Shown one piece after another: positions 61,041-64,000 of a stretch of DNA of 64,000 nt (position 1 is the stretch's first letter; each line of letters begins with the position of its first letter). The notes beneath the pieces were generated by a model that saw nothing but the letters and a program-made list of their open reading frames with translations, did not search any database and had not been told where the DNA came from. The stretch covers positions 7,688,001-7,752,000 of the forward strand of contig JAQFVV010000009.1 of the NCBI GenBank assembly GCA_028023455.1, written 5' to 3'. Both the position numbers and the translations under genes were made by a program. This stretch comes from Epiperipatus broadwayi. Taxonomy: Eukaryota > Animalia > Onychophora.

Positions 61041-63099
61041 TTTAACCTATAGCAGTGGTTTCCATAGCAACACCAAGGGAGAAAGAGAATATGCAGGCAT
61101 TCACAAAATAATTATGGTGGAAATTTTCATTTAAATAATTTAAATATATCACTTGTAAGAATATTTAATACTTCCAATTATAAAGTAAGTACTTTATTTA
61201 AAACTTCAAAACATTTGTTATATATATATTAAATATATCAGTTGTTTTACTTCCCTCAATCCAAGAAATACATTCCTTTCCTCTGAGATGGAAGTGAGAG
61301 TTCTTTTATGTTGTTATAAAGTAATAAATAATGTTTTATTAAATAACAACATAAATAATTGTCTATTATAGTAGGATAATATAATAACATTAATTTTTTT
61401 TTTCTTTCTTGAAGACATAATATAAACTCGTAATATACTTGTCCCAATAAAGTAGTTTTTTTTATTATATGAAATTCAAATTTCTTTACATAAATTAATT
61501 TCAAATAATGTCCTATAGGAAATCAGTATTTTAGAAAATATATGATAAAGTTATATAACATTTTAATATCATTATTGTTTTTGTTTCTAAAGTTTCAAAT
61601 ATCTTACAGCAAACTTAAATATGAAATAGACATTGAATTTAATAATAGTGTGTAAATTGTCATAGTGACAATGATAATGTCCTTCACAGTTTTCAAATGG
61701 ATATTCCAAGTTTAAACATTATAATAATTCTTAACTAATTTTATCAATAAAAGTGCCTGGAATGAATTTTTTTTTGTCCTTGAAGTTTAATTCAGGCATT
61801 GTGCCTACATAATTTTAAAAAAGTACCTTAACGTACTTTGAAGCTAAAAAATAAACAGTTTAAATAAAATTACAATAGTTAATTTAATTGAAATTTAAAA
61901 AAACACAAACATAATAAAAAAATTGATTACAAAAGTAGGGTATTAACAAGAAGAGTTTAGAATGAACAGTGGAGAGAGTGCAAGTGTCAATGTCATCTAT
62001 TTATAGTAGTAACCAGATGACTATTTTAAAACACTGATTATTGACATTTAAATCTATGCCCCCTTTTCTTTATTGGTTGAAATCCACATTTTACTGAAAC
62101 TAAGAAAGGTTGCTAATCAAAAATTTAATTAATTAATATTCAAATTTTAAAATAAATCAATTATTTTATCTTGTCTAGACAAATAAAATTAAAAATATTT
62201 TTGATACATTAATTTATAAATTAAAATTACAAAATAAAAAAATATTATACAATTGAAGTTTACACTGTTTGAATAAAATAAACATTACCCTTAACACTTA
62301 ACATATTAATTTATCATTGATTTTAGCTTAGACAAGTTTCTCGAAATAATTGTCTTTTTAAAAAAAATTAGACATTTAATAAGTACTTTAAACTAATTAA
62401 ATATTAAAATTAAAACTTTTATTCATTCATTCATTCATTCAGACATTAATTTGTCTATTATTTAAAAATCCTATCTTTAATTATTATTGACTTTATTAAA
62501 CTGTTTGTAAGTAAATAAATTTAAATTACTTAATTATATTTTGTGTTAGAACTAAACTGAAATTAAAACATAAATTTAGCTGATTATCAACAAATCTGAA
62601 TTCAGTTTTTAAGCTTAAGATTAATATCAGCTTTCTAAAATATTTTAGCAGTTAAATTATGAATAAATCAACACTATTAAATTTTAAGTACATTACCTAT
62701 CATTTTAATTTATTAGCTATTAGAAATTTAAGCACTTTGGTTATAAATAGCACGTATCCATGACTAAAATATTATAAGTTAAGCAGTCAAAATTATTTTA
62801 CAGCTATAAAATTAATAAGTATACGGATGTTACAACTTTTTATATGCAGAATCATAGCACTATAAGGCACTAACAAAATCTATTTACTATAAAATTAAAA
62901 TATATACATTTTCTTAAAGATATTTTGGTATAAGACATGTCCTGGCATTTAGCTTAAGGGAAAAGCTAAAGATGACACAATTCCTTTGTGCTTATAGGGA
63001 AAAAAATTTAAGCATTACCAACTTTAATTTTTACAGTACAAAAAACTTTTTAAAATAGCACATTTGCAAACTTCAACATTATCATCACTTTAACAATTA

Positions 63100-64000
63100 C
63101 TATTAATTTCAACTTATATTCAAGCTATTCATTTAGCTTATATTTTTAAAAATTATTTATTCCCATGGAAAATGGTTTTAAGCTGTATGCATTGTAGGTA
63201 CCACATGGTCCATCAGGTGTGGAGAACATGGATACCTTTTCTCCCATTTAACTTATGATTTGTTATGGCCCATCATACACATTTTAAAATGATATGTAAA
63301 TATGCTTTTGGGGATTGCTTACATGAGGGGTCCAAACTGAAACATAGTCATGAACTTTAAAAAGGATGTGAATTTGATTTGAATTGATAAATGCACTTAT
63401 AACTCATTTTCTTATAAATTAATTCCAGTCTTCTCCTGATCAAACTCACTGTCAATATTCTTAAGAATAGGAGATAGAAAAGTTTTTATAAACAGTGACT
63501 CAGGCCATCCAAAATGCAATTGAATTGGATTAAACTTGGTGGATTTACTTATTGTAATATTAAGTCAATTATTTTATATAGTGCAATGTTTATTTTTATA
63601 AACTATAATATTTTAAAATCTAAAGCGTATGTGCAACAGTTTAATGCTGTTTAAAATATTATAGTTTATTGTAATATTATAATTAATGACATCTGGTAGC
63701 TTAGTGACCCATTGACTATGGTTTTTTTCAATGTAAGCACTGAACAATCTCCCTAATTTTTGCATTACCCACTCACGCAGTTTTGACTGAGAATTCCAAA
63801 TAGAGCTCATAATATGTTTAATATTTTTGCTTTTTTTCCATGTCCCAGATATGAATATGATAGCATGATCATTCAAAATAGAGGCTGGCCTTCCTATTAG
63901 AGGAAATTGGAGATTTCTCAGGCACTTAATCACATTTTTAGCATAAGTCTTTGGGTAAGCAGAAATATATTTTGTAAAAACATCACATGCCACAAGTATG
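63100..64000 (-). mobile_element. Ty3/Gypsy integrase (rve) remnant, continuing beyond the window
   Basis: ORF 63613-63993: ACDVFTKYISAYP...IGRPASILNDHAIIFIS...IKHIMSSIWNSQSKLRE...WVTKLP, matching the D-D-E core layout. Confidence 0.85.

Noticed and set aside
62443-62506. ACER3 exon candidate containing LLFKNPIF between cag and gtaagt
   Set aside because: The 64-nt segment has stop codons in all three frames.

Overview
AT-rich, strongly CpG-depleted eukaryotic (animal-type) genomic DNA; no prokaryotic features. The window appears to lie inside one host gene, an alkaline ceramidase 3 (ACER3)-like gene on the + strand. Only two small exons are visible (22435-22487, 55515-55596), separated by a 33-kb intron. 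Much of the rest is recognisable transposon debris: RTE-like LINEs, two head-to-tail L1/Tx1-like LINEs, at least two Penelope-like (GIY-YIG) families in their typical inverted arrangement, two LTR-like segments, a Gypsy integrase remnant, a hAT MITE and other MITEs, and five copies of a short tRNA-Val-derived SINE with target-site duplications (TSDs). The most notable signal is a set of short non-coding retroelements carrying type I hammerhead ribozymes (retrozyme-like, 456-nt monomer). Two independent insertions share the same 3' end, the same inversion start point about 52 nt from that end, and 12-13 bp TSDs, which points to Penelope-type mobilisation. A second hammerhead family, several inverted-arm insertions and a decayed ABCA-type transporter gene nested antisense (about 56.9-61.0 kb) are also seen. 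All protein-family and RNA-structure calls were made by eye from recalled consensus motifs; no searches or folding programs were run, and boundaries of old elements are approximate.
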